Source: Octopus sinensis
Taxonomy: Eukaryota
NCBI RefSeq assembly: GCF_006345805.1
Contig: NC_043000.1
Location: 14,880,001-14,944,000 of the forward strand
Direction of reading: 5' to 3'
DNA: 64,000 bases
Below the pieces are notes generated by a model. The model did not search any database and was not told where the DNA came from. It saw nothing but the letters and a program-made list of their open reading frames with translations. Position 1 is the stretch's first letter; each line of letters begins with the position of its first letter. The translations under genes and the position numbers were made by a program. Below are positions 1 through 12,982 of this stretch, one piece after another.

Positions 1-766
1 AATAATAATAATAATAAATGCCCTGATGCAGTACCAGACAGTGGTTCTCATGGCTTTTGATCTCAACTGATTGGAAGTGCTATCTTGTACGTTGTTTTGT
101 CTTGGTATAAAAGATGGGCTACTGGCAAATATTTTGCTCAACACCACAGATTTGCTTGTCAGTTGTTTGACCTTAACCAGTTGACCAAGTCCCTTAGTGG
201 CTGATGATATGTGCATCTCTGATCATGAGCAGGAGTAGTGGGGGAGTATCAAGCCATGTGCTGAGAGGAATTTTGGGATTTTCAATAATTCACCTCTGGA
301 AACATGGGTATTTTGTTCATCATCCTTAAACAACACTTATTCAGAGACCTTTTGAGCGAGATGAGCTACTCAATCTGAAGAAAATTCTTACTGTAAAAGA
401 GCGTAGGCTCGAAACGTAAAATACTTTTTCTATTCCTGAGCGTTATACTAATACATCTGTTTGTTTTGTACACCACCTGTCTACGTCTTTTGTTTTTTTT
501 TCGTAAACACTCCCTCTATATATATATATAATAAAGGGTAAAATTAATTAATTAAATATTTTACCAAGTAGTTCGGTATGTTAAAAGAACCATTATCGGT
601 AAACTTATCCTTAAAATTTTATAATTATGAGTATAATTATAATTAGGGTTCAGCAAAAATTTGCTTCACCACATACCGAAATTTAGAAATAGTTAAAACT
701 AACTATTTCACTACTATTATTTATTATTATTTTCACTACAGTTATTTTCTGTTTATTTTCTTATTC

Positions 767-802
767 CTTTCTGATGAAGAGCGTAGGCTCGAAACGTAAA
801 AG
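767..802 (+). ncRNA. Minimal type I hammerhead ribozyme motif in a Penelope-like repeat
   Basis: cttt-CTGATGA-a-GAGC(gtag)GCTC-GAAA-CGTA-aaag. Stem I is cttt/aaag and stem III is the palindrome ACGT. Predicted GUA cleavage after 798. Confidence 0.7.
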
Positions 803-1181
803 ACCTTTTCATTTTTCCCTGCCTTCGTCTTTAGTTTTTCTATAAATTTCAACTATATATATATAGTATGCCTACATACATATATGTATGTGTATACATA
901 TATGTATGTGTATATATATATATATATATATATACATGTGTATATATATATATATATATGCATACACGTATGTATGATTACATGTATATACACATGTGCT
1001 TTTATATATATACATATGCCGAAGTATTCATAAACATGTGTCTATGTTTGTGTGTGTGTGTGCATACATATGCATGCCTACACATATACATACGCAAACA
1101 TACATAGATACATACATACGCTCGAATAGATTCTTCTTATTTACCTATAATAGACTGAAACTATCACCAAACATAACGACA

Positions 1182-1182
1182 C

Positions 1183-1215
<33 letters not shown>

Positions 1216-1220
1216 TAGTA

Positions 1221-1275
<55 letters not shown>

Positions 1276-1444
1276 AGTGTCGGCGGCGGCGGCAGCTGCA
1301 AGAGCAACAGTAGTAGTTGTTGTTGTAGTAGTAGTAGTAGTAGTGGTGGTGGTGGTGGTGGTGGTGGTGGTGGTAGTAGTAGTGGCGGCGGCGGCAGCAG
1401 CAGCAGCAGCAGTAGTAGTAGTTGTTGTTGTTGTTGTTGTTCTT

Positions 1445-1505
<61 letters not shown>
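1182..1505. repeat. Compound trinucleotide array (GCA/GTA/GGT/GGC/GTT)
   Basis: Seen directly. Confidence 0.95.
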
Positions 1506-1933
1506 CGTATTTCAGAAGCGAAAAAGCAGAAAAACGGAATGGCTGGCTCTGTGAAAAGAAAAAATTGAAGGTCGATGCCGAGAGGGCGTTGGCTCGGGGC
1601 CGGGGCCGGGATTGTTATTAGGGTTGGGGGTTTAGGGGAGGGGTGGGGGCTGGTTGGCTGCCCTCCTCTTCCTCCACACAAACCCCCCTGTCTCTATTGC
1701 ACTGTTTACACAACACCGATACTATATTTCTCGTCAATTTTCAATTATTAAAACGTCGTACTTCGGACAACTTCTTCTTCGCTTGTCTGTGTCGCTGATC
1801 AATGGACATAGCTTAGATTTTTCTTTCTAACCCTCTTCGCCATCTTCACCAAAAGGATTCGGCAGATTTCGAAGCATTGTATCTCGTATCGAACTTTCCC
1901 AAGCATAATGCGACACTTCTATCTCTCTCTCTC

Positions 1934-1988
<55 letters not shown>

Positions 1989-2005
1989 ACACACACACTC
2001 ACACA

Positions 2006-2040
<35 letters not shown>

Positions 2041-2338
2041 ACGCACGCACGCACATACGCACGCACACACAGTTGCGCATGCATATACGCACGCATGCAA
2101 ACACATACACATTCGCACGCACGCACACACACATACAGACAGACACACGCACATAAGACTACAAACACATACACACACACACACATACATACATACATGC
2201 ACACATTCATACTTACGTAAATATGTATGTGTCTTTCTACATATACTTATGTATATGTATGTGTGTCCGTGTGTGTTTCTGTGAGAAAAAGTGTCAATGC
2301 TTCAGAAAGTGATAAATATATATAATATATATATATAT

Positions 2339-2512
<174 letters not shown>

Positions 2513-2613
2513 TTTATTAAAAAGCAGCAAAAATATCACGAAAACTGTTACTCAAAGTGTCTCGTTCACGTTCGTCGGACATGTACATATATATGTGTCC
2601 GTATATATATATA

Positions 2614-3011
2614 CTAGCAGTATCGCCCGGCGTTGCTCGGGTTTGTAAGGGAAATAACTATAAAGCATTTTTAGAGAGTTATAGCCAAAAAATAGCAAAA
2701 AAAATGCATTAAAAATGGAAAAAAAATGATGGTAATTTTTTTTTTAAATCGTTGACTCATCTTAGACATTTTTAGAGAGTTACTTCCCTTATATAATAGC
2801 GAAAAAATGCATTAAAATGGGAAAAAATGATGGTAAATTATTTTTTAAATCGTAGACTCATCGTAGACGCGCGCTAATACCCAGAAGGGCTCGATATGAA
2901 TCATGACTATAAGATACCCGGTTTTGGTTAAACTGCACCGCAAAATGTGGGAGTAGTTAGGAATCTAAATCGTAGGAGACAGACACACAACCTTACTTTT
3001 ATATATAAAGA
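2614..3011 (-). mobile_element. Non-autonomous Helitron
   Basis: On the minus strand: 5' TC, subterminal hairpin cccgagcaacgccggg, 3' CTAG, no TSD. Confidence 0.8.
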
Positions 3012-3531
3012 CTAGTAGTATCGCCCGGCGTTGCTCGGGTTTGTAAGGGAAATAACTATATAAGCATTTTTAGAGAGTTATAGCAAAAAAATGCATTAAA
3101 AATGGAATAAAAAATGATAATTTTTTTTTTAAATCGTTGACTCAGTGTCTTCAAGCCATGAAGTCGTTGTTCTAAAAGAACGCTGGTCTCCTTGACAACG
3201 CATTACGACGTTGATTTCTTTACACTCCCTTCCCCACAGCTTCACGAGGGAGGGAAGGGGGAGAAGCAAACAGGTGCAGCTGTGAGCGTGGACGCCAACT
3301 CAGCCGCCATCGACACACGAAAAATTATGCATTAAAATGGAATAAAAAATGATGTTAAATTATTTTTTAAATCGTAGACTCATCGTAGACGCGCGCTAAT
3401 ACTCAGACGGGCTCGATATGAATCACGACTATAAGATACCCGAATTTGGTTAAACTGCACCGCAACATGTGGGAGTAGTTAGGAATCGAAAGGGACAGAC
3501 ACTCACACAACTAGAGTTTTATATATATAGA
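3012..3531 (-). mobile_element. Non-autonomous Helitron, head-to-tail with the previous copy, carrying an extra internal segment
   Basis: Junction ga|ctag at 3011/3012; same termini; unique segment at about 3146-3325. Confidence 0.75.
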
Positions 3532-3535
3532 TATA

Positions 3536-3599
<64 letters not shown>

Positions 3600-4097
3600 T
3601 ATAAATGTCAGCGGATATATGCATGTATGTGACTGTGTGTCTATAGTGTATGTTGTATGTAATGTATGTATAGCTGTACTATCGGACGCTCGTAACGGCA
3701 GACGACTAACATGTCTTCTCACAAGTTCACTGACGCAACTAAATCGTACAATTACATACGCAGATATTCGTACCAACACACAAACTTTATATATAAACAC
3801 ACATACACGCATATAAACACACACACGTGTAGATGAAATGAATGCAAACACACGAGAATACACATTACACGTGCGTTCACATAAGTATTCTTGTGCATAC
3901 AAATGCGCATTCTTAAATAAGCTTACATTTATCAATACCCGTAAGTGTACTAGTCATATAACTACAATGGTGTACCTTATAGTACATGTGTATATATACA
4001 TGTATATACACTTCCTAAACAGTATATGATTTTCATGAACGCACTTTTATAAAAATATACGAACATAGTTACACACACACACACACACACTCATACA

Positions 4098-4128
<31 letters not shown>

Positions 4129-4216
4129 CACACACACACATATATAATGTTGATTCGTTAGCTACTGCACGCATTTTTTTTCTCTCCTTCTTTCTGTGTT
4201 TTTCTCTCTCTGTGTA

Positions 4217-4254
4217 TCTTTCTGTTGAAGAGCGTAGGCTCGAAACGTTAAAGA
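4217..4254 (+). ncRNA. Sibling hammerhead motif with mutated core (CTGTTGA)
   Basis: tcttt-CTGTTGA-aGAGCgtagGCTC-GAAACGTT-aaaga. Same family as 767-802. The A6 substitution suggests it is inactive. Confidence 0.5.
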
Positions 4255-4378
4255 CTTGTTTTATTTATATTTCCTGAGCGCCATACTAATACAATTGTTC
4301 GTTTGTTTTCCACCTGCCTTCGTCTTTTGTTTATTTTCATAAAGCTTCCCGTTATATATATTATATATATATATATAT

Positions 4379-4545
4379 AGGCCCAGGAGTGGCTGTGTGG
4401 TAAGTAGCTTGCTTACCAGCCATACGGTTCTGGGTCCAGTACCACTGTGTGGCACCTTGGGCAAGTGTCTTCTGTTATAGCTTCGGGCCGACCAAAGCCT
4501 TGTGAGTGGATTTGGTAGATGGAAACTGAAAGAAGCCCGTCGTAT
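4379..4545 (+). mobile_element. tRNA-derived SINE family A (CORE-like domain), 5' half
   Basis: tRNA-like head followed by ccttgggcaagtgtcttc; matches other copies in the window. Confidence 0.75.
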
Positions 4546-4635
4546 GTGTGTGTATGCATGGATATATATGCGTATGCATGTATATATACGTGTTTGTGCG
4601 TGTGTATATATTTATGTATATGTATATATATATAC

Positions 4636-4682
<47 letters not shown>

Positions 4683-4789
4683 AGCTTATGTTATGTAATA
4701 ATTGTATATATTATCTATTTATCCATGTATTTATCTATATCCATATCTATATTTTCATTATTTCACATATATTTATATTTATTATAGAC

Positions 4790-4867
<78 letters not shown>

Positions 4868-4872
4868 TATAT

Positions 4873-4935
<63 letters not shown>

Positions 4936-4948
4936 TGTATATATCTTT

Positions 4949-5388
4949 AGGCGCATGTGTGACTGTGTGGTATGTAGCTAGCTTACCAACGACATGGTTC
5001 CGGGTTCAGTCCCACTGCGTGGTACCTTGGGCAAGTGTCTTCTACTATAGCCTCGGGCCGACCAAAGCCTTGTGAGTGGATTTGGTAAACGGAAACTGAA
5101 AGAAGCCCGTCGTATATATGTATATATGTGTGTGTGTGTGTGTGTGTGGTGTGTATGCGTGTGATGCGTGTGTGTTTGTGTGTCTGTGATTGTCCCACAT
5201 CCTCCATCGCTAGACAACCGATGCTGGTGTGTTTACGTGCCCGTAACTTAGCGGTTCGGCAAAAAGAGACCGATAGAATAAGTACTATTCTTACAAAGAA
5301 TAAGTCCTGTGTTCGACTTGCTTGAATAAAGGCGGTGCTTCAGCATGGCCGCAGTCAAATGATTGAAACAAGTAAAAGAGTAAAAGAA
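4949..5388 (+). mobile_element. SINE family A, full length with internal microsatellite
   Basis: Head, CORE-like segment, (TA/TG)n, then tail ending gtaaaagagtaaaaga. Confidence 0.8.
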
Positions 5389-5405
5389 TATATATACACA
5401 GACAC

Positions 5406-5438
<33 letters not shown>

Positions 5439-5832
5439 TACATTATATATATATATATACATACATATATACATGCATAAATATATACACACATATATAG
5501 ATGTGTATGTGCGTGTGTGTGCGCGCGTGTGTGTGCGCGCGTGTGTGTGTGTGTGTGTATGCATTTACAATTTAACAAAAAGGTGTGTATCTGTGTTGTA
5601 CGTGATTGTTTTTCTTTCTAGTCTATGATTTCACTTTAACAAACGTCCACAGTATCTTCATTTTTGCTCGTTTTTCTTCATTTGTTTCCCCCCCCCTCTC
5701 TCCCCCACCCCATCTTTTCTCGAGCCAATACTATTTTGTATTTGTATTCCTTTATGATTTCGTGAAAAATCAAAACTTCCTCCTCAGCACTTCCCCCCTC
5801 TTTATCATTTATTATTAATACCATTATCATCA

Positions 5833-5892
<60 letters not shown>

Positions 5893-6530
5893 GAAATCTT
5901 TTCATTCATTCTTTTTCATCTACTTTGTTTTGATTTCCTCTTTCTCCTTTTCTTCCTTCTCCTCTTCGTCCTCCTAACTTCGCTGTCGTCTGCTCGGCCA
6001 TTTTCCCGCCCGACGTATTTTCTCTTCCACCTATTGCATATCTAAACATAAGCATGTAATAAACAGTGGACTTTCCAATTACAACGGACAGAAAGGAACT
6101 GCAAGAATTGAGAATAGAGCAGAGCGCCAGGAAAAGCGAAAGAAAAGGAAAGTGAGAAGAGAAAGAAAGAAAAAGATGTGTGATGAAATAAATGTGTGTC
6201 CGTGCGTGTGTGTGTGTGTCTGTGTGTGTCCGTACGTGGTGAGTGAATATTGGTGTGAAGAAATGAGAACGAGTATGATAAGGTGGTGGTGAAAAGTAGA
6301 AACAGAAAGGGAATGCGACGAGGTAGGAGGAAGACATAAAAATTGTGTGAATGCATGTATGCACTTATGTATGTTTTGTGTAAGTGTGTGTGTGTGTGTG
6401 GTGTGTGTGTGTGGTGTGTGTGTGTGTGTTGTGTGTGTGTGTGTGTGTATGCGTGTGTTTGCATGCATGTGTGAGAATATAGTGTAGAGTGAATTGAGAG
6501 AGCCAGAAAGAGAGCATATATATATGTATA

Positions 6531-6589
<59 letters not shown>

Positions 6590-6636
6590 GTATGTACATA
6601 TATGCGTGTATGCGTGTGGGGTGCGCGTGTGTGAAT

Positions 6637-6677
<41 letters not shown>

Positions 6678-7199
6678 TGCGTAAAAGAAATAAGAAGATA
6701 ACGTAAGAAAATAAACGAATGGAATGTTGAGAAAGAAAGAAAGAAAGAAAGAAAGGAAGGAAGGAAGGAAGGAAGGAAGGAAGGAAGGAAGGAAGGAAGA
6801 AGGAAGGAAGGAAGGAAAACGTATATATTTAATGGAGAAAGAGTCGTCGATATTAAATGGATTTTCATAGTAACAATAATCTCCTAAAACAGCAACAACA
6901 GACAACAAAAGAACAACAATAATAGCACCAAAAATAATGCCAATAACAACAGTAATGAAACGGTAAGGCGAAATAAATATCCGAGATGCTCTGCTCAACG
7001 CAGAAATTGCAAGAGCTACTCAGCGGTATTGCAAGCTCTTCTGAATCTATCGCAATGTCGGAAACTCCTCAGTATAATCAGCAGGTATCTCGGGATCACT
7101 GTGGTTTCGCTCCTTAGCCTTTAAGCTTTGCTCGAATCGGGCAGCGGGGATTGAATTAGTATTTGCCTGTAGAAGAGTTCAATTTGCGATCTATTATCT

Positions 7200-7735
7200 A
7201 CCGCGGTCACCGCGAACTGGTTTCAACTGCCTTACCTGTCTCTTTCGCGATTTTCTTCCGATGTTTAAGTACTAGGCCAATCTTCTGTATGTGGAGGCAC
7301 ATGGCCTAGTGGTTAGAGCAGCGGACTTGCGGTTGAGAGATCGCAGGATCGAATCTCAGACCGGGCGATATGTGTGTTTATGACCGAAACACCTAAGCTT
7401 CACATGGCTCCGACAGAAGGTAATGGCGAACTTCTGCTGTACTCTTTCGCCACAACTTTCTCTCACTCCTTCCCCTGCATCTTGCAGCTCACCTGCAACG
7501 GACCGGCGTCCCGTCCAGGTGGGGAACCTGTACGCCAAGGAAACCAGGAAACTGGCCCTTATGAGCCAGGCGTGGCTTGAGAAGGAACAAACTAAACAAT
7601 CTTCTGTAGGAAATAGCGCACCGAACCCGCTGGAAAGCTGCGGCATCCGACATGTATAGGGAATGAGGCGGCGTACCATCCCTTGACAAATGCCTCGTCG
7701 ACCAAGTCCTGGTACGTCGAGTCTGTCCACCTTTA
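7200..7735 (-). mobile_element. HERO-like RLE non-LTR retrotransposon C-terminal fragment interrupted by a SINE
   Basis: Removing the SINE and one TSD restores TYQDLVDEAFVKGWYAASFPIHVGCRSFPAGSVRYFLQKIGLVLKHRKKIAKETGKAVETSSR. Confidence 0.65.
7290..7596 (+). mobile_element. tRNA-derived SINE (family B head, variant tail) with 12-bp TSD
   Basis: TSD caatcttctgta at 7278-7289 and 7597-7608. Confidence 0.8.
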
Positions 7736-8989
7736 ACTCGATCTCCAGTACTTGAATCGTTCTTTATTTAGCATTCTCGGAAGGATGAAAGGCAAAGTTG
7801 AACTCTATGAGATTTGAACTCAGAGTCTAATGGATGGGACTTTAATAAGGGCCACAAAGTATTTTTCCGATGCTTCACTGATTCTGCCATACATGTCTCT
7901 AGAGTAACATCCTTTTCTTATTTTCACACAAGGCCAGCAAATTTGAGAGGTGAGGAAATCGATTTCATCTACCCCAGGACTCAACATGCATTTATTTTAT
8001 CAACCCCAAAAGGATGAAAAGCAAAGCCGACCTCGACAGAATTTGAACTCAAAACGTGAAGACGAACGAAATGCTGCTAAGCGTATTATCCGGCGTTCTA
8101 ACAATTCTGCCAGTTCATCGCCTGAGTAATAGTTATAATACTGGTTATGATATTGTTATAATATTGCTAGCTCATCATTTCGGGGTCGATAAATTAAGTA
8201 CCAGTTACGCACTGGAGTCGATATAATCGACTTAATCCGTTTGTCTGTCCTTGTTTGTCCTCTCTGTGTTTAGCCCCTTGTGAGTAGTAAAGAAATATGT
8301 ATTTCGTCCAACTTTACGTTCTGAGTTCAAATTCCGCCGAGGTCGACCTTGCCTTTCATCCTTTCGGGGTCGATAAATTAAGTACCAGCTGCGTATTGGG
8401 GTCGATCTAATCGAGTGCCCCCACTCCCCCCAAAAAATTGGCAGCAGTGACGGTCGTATTGATGATGGTGTTTGTAGGGAGTGGTTAGCGTTGATAATGG
8501 GGCTAATTTTCGAGATGATATGAGGACGGCGGCGGCAATGATAACCGATAATAATGGTGATGGTGATGATGATGATGATGATGATGAGGAGGAGGAGGAG
8601 GAGGAGGAGGAGGAGGTGAGGAGGAGGACGACGACGACGACAACGATGACAACGACGATGGAGGTGATAAAGCGATCTAGAAAAGCAAGACAAAAAAAGA
8701 AAGAAAAAAGTGATGAGTAAATATGAATGTAAATTAAAAAAATGTAAAAACGAAACAAAGACCTATCAACCACCACCACCGACACCACGAGACCATATCC
8801 TCACGTCCCCAATTACACACACACACACACACACGCACACACACGCACACACACGCACACACACAGCGCAGTTTGATGATATAACGATAATGTGATAACG
8901 ATCATTTATCGACGATTCGATCTCCGTGTGTTGGCTAATGCAGTTTCGGCATCTATAATGATAATGATGCTGGTGGTGTTGGATATGAT

Positions 8990-9182
8990 GAGGGGGACAG
9001 TGGTGGTGGTGGTGGTGGTGGTAGTGGTGGCTGCGGCGGCGGCGCGGCGGCGGCGGCGGCGGTGGTGGTGTGGTGGTGGTGGTGGTGGTGGTGGTGGTGG
9101 CGGTGGTGGTCACTGCGGCGGCGGCGGCAGCGGCGGTGGTAGCAATGGTGCTGGTGGTGGTGGTGGTGGTGGTGGTGGTGGT

Positions 9183-9237
<55 letters not shown>

Positions 9238-9340
9238 TTGGTGGCTGTGGTGCTGGTGGTGGTGGCGTTGGTGGCTGTGGTGCTGGTGGTGGTGGTGCTG
9301 GTGGTGGTGGTGGTGGTGGTGGTGGTGGTGGTGGTACTGC
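8990..9340. repeat. (GGT/GGC)n array
   Basis: Seen directly. Confidence 0.95.
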
Positions 9341-10646
9341 TGCAGTTGTTGATGTTATGGTAGCGGCGATATTTGTCGTGATGGTAGTAGTGGTAGTAGT
9401 GTTTGCAACGGTGGTGACGATGGAGCTTGTGACGACTGCGACAGCGACAGCAGCAGCAGCAACGGCGAAGGTGGCGAAGGTGGTGTTAGTAATCGCGGTG
9501 TGTACGTGGTGATGGTGGTGTCGACGCTGGTAATGAAGGCGTTAGTGGTTATTACAATGGTAGTATGGGTGGTTGTGGTATGGTTGGTAACGATAGTGGT
9601 TGTAGTAGTAGCACTGACGCTTGAACTGTAAGTTAGTGATTTTCGTGGTGATGGCCATGATGATGATGATGGTCGTATATTATACACACACATACAGACA
9701 GACAGTCGGACATGTATATATATATATATATTCGAGGCTTTCTTCCAAGGGATCTAATGCGCTTGGCTTAGATTTCCCTTGGGGGCTGCCCAGATCGGAG
9801 CAATCTCAAGATTAATCAGCCGAAATTGCGAAGATGATCCGGTTTTTGACTGATGATTGAGGGCTTCGAATGTCCCGTCCTGTGTTTCTTGTGTCGTCTT
9901 CTATGTGTTTCACGTTCTTGTCCCAGTTTGTATATATTTTTTTACTTTTACATATATATATATATATATATACGGAGAGCGACGTAAAATGAAGTGCTCT
10001 GTTCAAGAACACAACGCAACGCCCGGTCTGGGAACCGAAACCAACAATCTCGCAATCGTGAGTGCAGCACCTTAACCACTAAGCCATGCGCCTTCGTAGT
10101 TAAATTTAGAATTAAGGTTTAGAAAGGCGACGTTAAATACGGTATCCAAACCTTGTTTCCGGATATGTCGCAGGTGATGTGTCTGCACTTATGGCCACCA
10201 GGTGTCATCCGCGGTTCTGCTCTTTCGTTGCTGGATCTACATAAGGAATTCCCAGGTGCACGTTGAGTATATTCCAAATAACTGGTGCGGAAGACGGAGT
10301 GCAACTAGCTTTATTTAGCACAACGGTCGTTTCGCCTGCCTTCTGCTCTGCTCCTTAGACGTAGGTGTAAATCGGTGTATATTCCGGTATTGATACAAGC
10401 CATAGGGCAATTATGCAGCTTTGAAGTCTAAAGACGGCAACCACACCCCCACCAAATTCTTGACTACGCCGTCAAGCTTAACTGCTATAACCAGCCATCA
10501 AAGATCTTCACACACTTTAGGCCTTTCAATCTAATGCCATTAACACCCCACCCTTCTTTCTATTTGTTATCAACCATTTCCTGTATACAAAGCACAAGTA
10601 TCCTTGCTTCACCAATGTGTGTGAACTACTAGCAACACAGCATAAT

Positions 10647-10878
10647 ACCTATTTCTTTATTACCCACAAGGGGCTAAACATAGAGGGGACAAACAAGGAC
10701 AGACATAGGTATTAAGTCGATTACATCGACCCCAGTGCGTAACTGGTACTTAATTTATCGACCCCCGAAAGGATGAAAGGCAAAGTCGACCTCGGCGGAA
10801 TTTGAACTCAGAACGTAGCGGCAGACAAAATACCGCTACGCATTTTGCCCAGCGTGCTAACGTCTCTGCCAGCTCCGC
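10647..10878 (-). mobile_element. SINE family C monomer
   Basis: Full head-to-tail homology to the array units. Confidence 0.75.
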
Positions 10879-11355
10879 TATCATCTAGCTTGGAGCAAAA
10901 TGTAAGTCTTATAACTTTTAAAGCCTATTACGTCACCCGATGAAACTCCTTTGCACTGCGGGATACATCTGTCATCACATCGTGCCCCAGTCACTGGGGA
11001 GCAGTGTAGAAGGCAGCCGGAACAGTCGTTGTGCTAAATAAAGCTTCTAGCTCCGTCTTCCGTATCAATCATTTAGAATATACTGTATATGTACATTCTT
11101 AAACAAGAGTATTATTGACAGTAACTTCGCAGTTTCGGTCAAAAGTAATCCACCAGATAAATAAATAATTGTTTTTATTATAACTGAACATAAAGGTAAA
11201 TATTAGCGCGCGCGTGTGTGTGTGGCTTGGGCATAATGGCACTAATAACCAGGTGTTAGAACTCAATATAGATGTGCTTCAGGAAAAGGCGTTATTCGAA
11301 TACAGAGCGAAATAAGAAATTTAATAAATGACAAAGAAACAAGAAATTATGTAAT

Positions 11356-11439
11356 GAACTAACAGCTGTTTCTGCTATAAGAAACAATGCACTCAAAGTT
11401 GAGTGTCCGTGTATCCCCCTAGAGCTTCGTCAGAGCTTC
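11356..11439 (-). ncRNA. Candidate type I hammerhead motif
   Basis: Reverse complement: gaagct-CTGACGA-(about 57-nt stem II)-GAAAC-AGCT-GTT-agttc. Stem III is the palindrome ACAGCTGT. The base of stem II is non-canonical (A.A). Confidence 0.45.
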
Positions 11440-11659
11440 AAAAATGAAATGCAATTTTATTTGGGAAGGCATTTATATAGGTGAAAAACATTACCATCGA
11501 AAAAATATTAAAATATGTAAAAAATGAAATATAGAGATTGAAAAAGTAGATGCGGGTAAATATTGTGTATATCTGTGCATAGAGATAGGCATTGGATGAA
11601 CTGTTGTAGTTATTGTTCCTTAGTAACCTATATAAGAATTATTGAAGCCGAATATACGG

Positions 11660-12030
11660 CCTCGCTTTAACATCATGACTTGACCCTTACATGCTTTGGG
11701 TAGTTCCTAGGGAGCCACCCATTTAAAACAGTGTAATGGCTCTTGAATTCCTTGGAATGTGGTCTTCATAATCCACCAGGTTTAACATCATGAAATGATC
11801 TTTGGATTGCTTGGCTGATAAACCTAAGAATCCACCCGATTTAACATCATGAAATGATTTTTGGACTGCTTAACTGATAAACCTAAGAATCCAGCCGATA
11901 TAACATCATGAAATGATCTTTGGATTTCTTGGGCGATAGTCTTAAAAAGCTATCACATGATCTCTAGGTTCCTTAGGTGGTATCTCTAACAAGTCACTCA
12001 GTTTAAAACTGTTACATGGTTCTTCGGAAC
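11660..12030. repeat. 59-bp minisatellite
   Basis: Three conserved units (ttaacatcatgaaatgatctttggat..) plus degenerate flanking units. Confidence 0.8.
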
Positions 12031-12592
12031 ATTAACAAAATTCTCTCCCAACTCACGTTAACCCCACACCCGTAGATCTCTCGTTGGGCATCTACGGGAG
12101 CAAATTCACCATTTTGAGAGATTTTGGGAGTTCCTAAAGAGATAATAAGCAATACCTGTTTCCTCTGTCAATGATGAAATTATTTTTTAAAAAACCAGGT
12201 TCAACATCGATCAATTTTGACGACAGCGGGATTTGAATTCAGAACTTAAAGTGTTTTTCCTGCTTTCTACATTCTGAGCTCAAATCCAGCTATTCCATTC
12301 ATTTTTCTGGGGCCGACAAAATAAAGTACCAGTCAAGTACTTGGGCCAATGTAATCGACTTTCTCCCTCCCACTCAAATTACTGGCCTTGTACTAAAATT
12401 ACTATATGTACAAGGCCTGAAATTTAACGGGAAGGGAAAAGTCGATTCCATCGACTCCAGTAATCAACTGTCAGTTATTTTATTGACTCCGAAAGGGTGA
12501 AAGAAATTTGAACTCAAAATTTGAACTCAGAATGATGTGTCACGCTGAATCTCCTTGAGAACTCCGTTAAGTGTATACATATCTGTGGAGTG

Positions 12593-12982
12593 GATGGTGG
12601 AAGCACTCCGTCGGTTACGACGATGAGGGTTCCGGTTGATCTGAATCAACGGAACAGCCTGCTCGTCAAATTAACGTGTAAGTGGCTGAGCACTCCACAG
12701 ACACGTGCACCCTTAACGTAGTTCTCGGGGATATTCAGCGTGACACAGAGAGTGACAAGGCCGGCCCCTTGAAATACAGGTACAACAGAAACAGGAAGTA
12801 AGAGTGAGAGAAAGTTGTGGTGAAAGAGTACAGCAGGGATCACCACCATCCCATGCCGGAGCCTCGTGGAGCTTTTTAGGTGTTTTCGCTCAATAAACAC
12901 TCCCAGCGCCCGGTCTGGGAATCGAAACCGCGATCCTATGACCGCGAGTCCGCTGCCCTAACCACTGGGCCATTGCGCCTCC
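12593..12982 (-). mobile_element. SINE family B nested in an older family B copy
   Basis: TSD acatatctgtggagtg at 12577-12592 and 12983-12998. Confidence 0.85.

Noticed and set aside
5975-6012. ggcgggaaaATGGCC YY1-like start motif on the minus strand (similar motif near 1835)
   Set aside because: Short motif with no supporting exon structure or recognisable protein.
6986-7084. Short ORF MLCSTQKLQELL.. as a PRDM14 upstream exon
   Set aside because: No PRDM14 similarity, weak donor (gtatct), and it lies in the probable 3' region of the HERO-like element.
9733-9830. GAGGCT..AGCCGAAA hammerhead-like 3' half
   Set aside because: The CUGA part is replaced by the TA tract; truncated.
10325-10362. 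CTAAGGA..GCGAAAC motif on the minus strand
   Set aside because: Core mutated and no convincing stem I.
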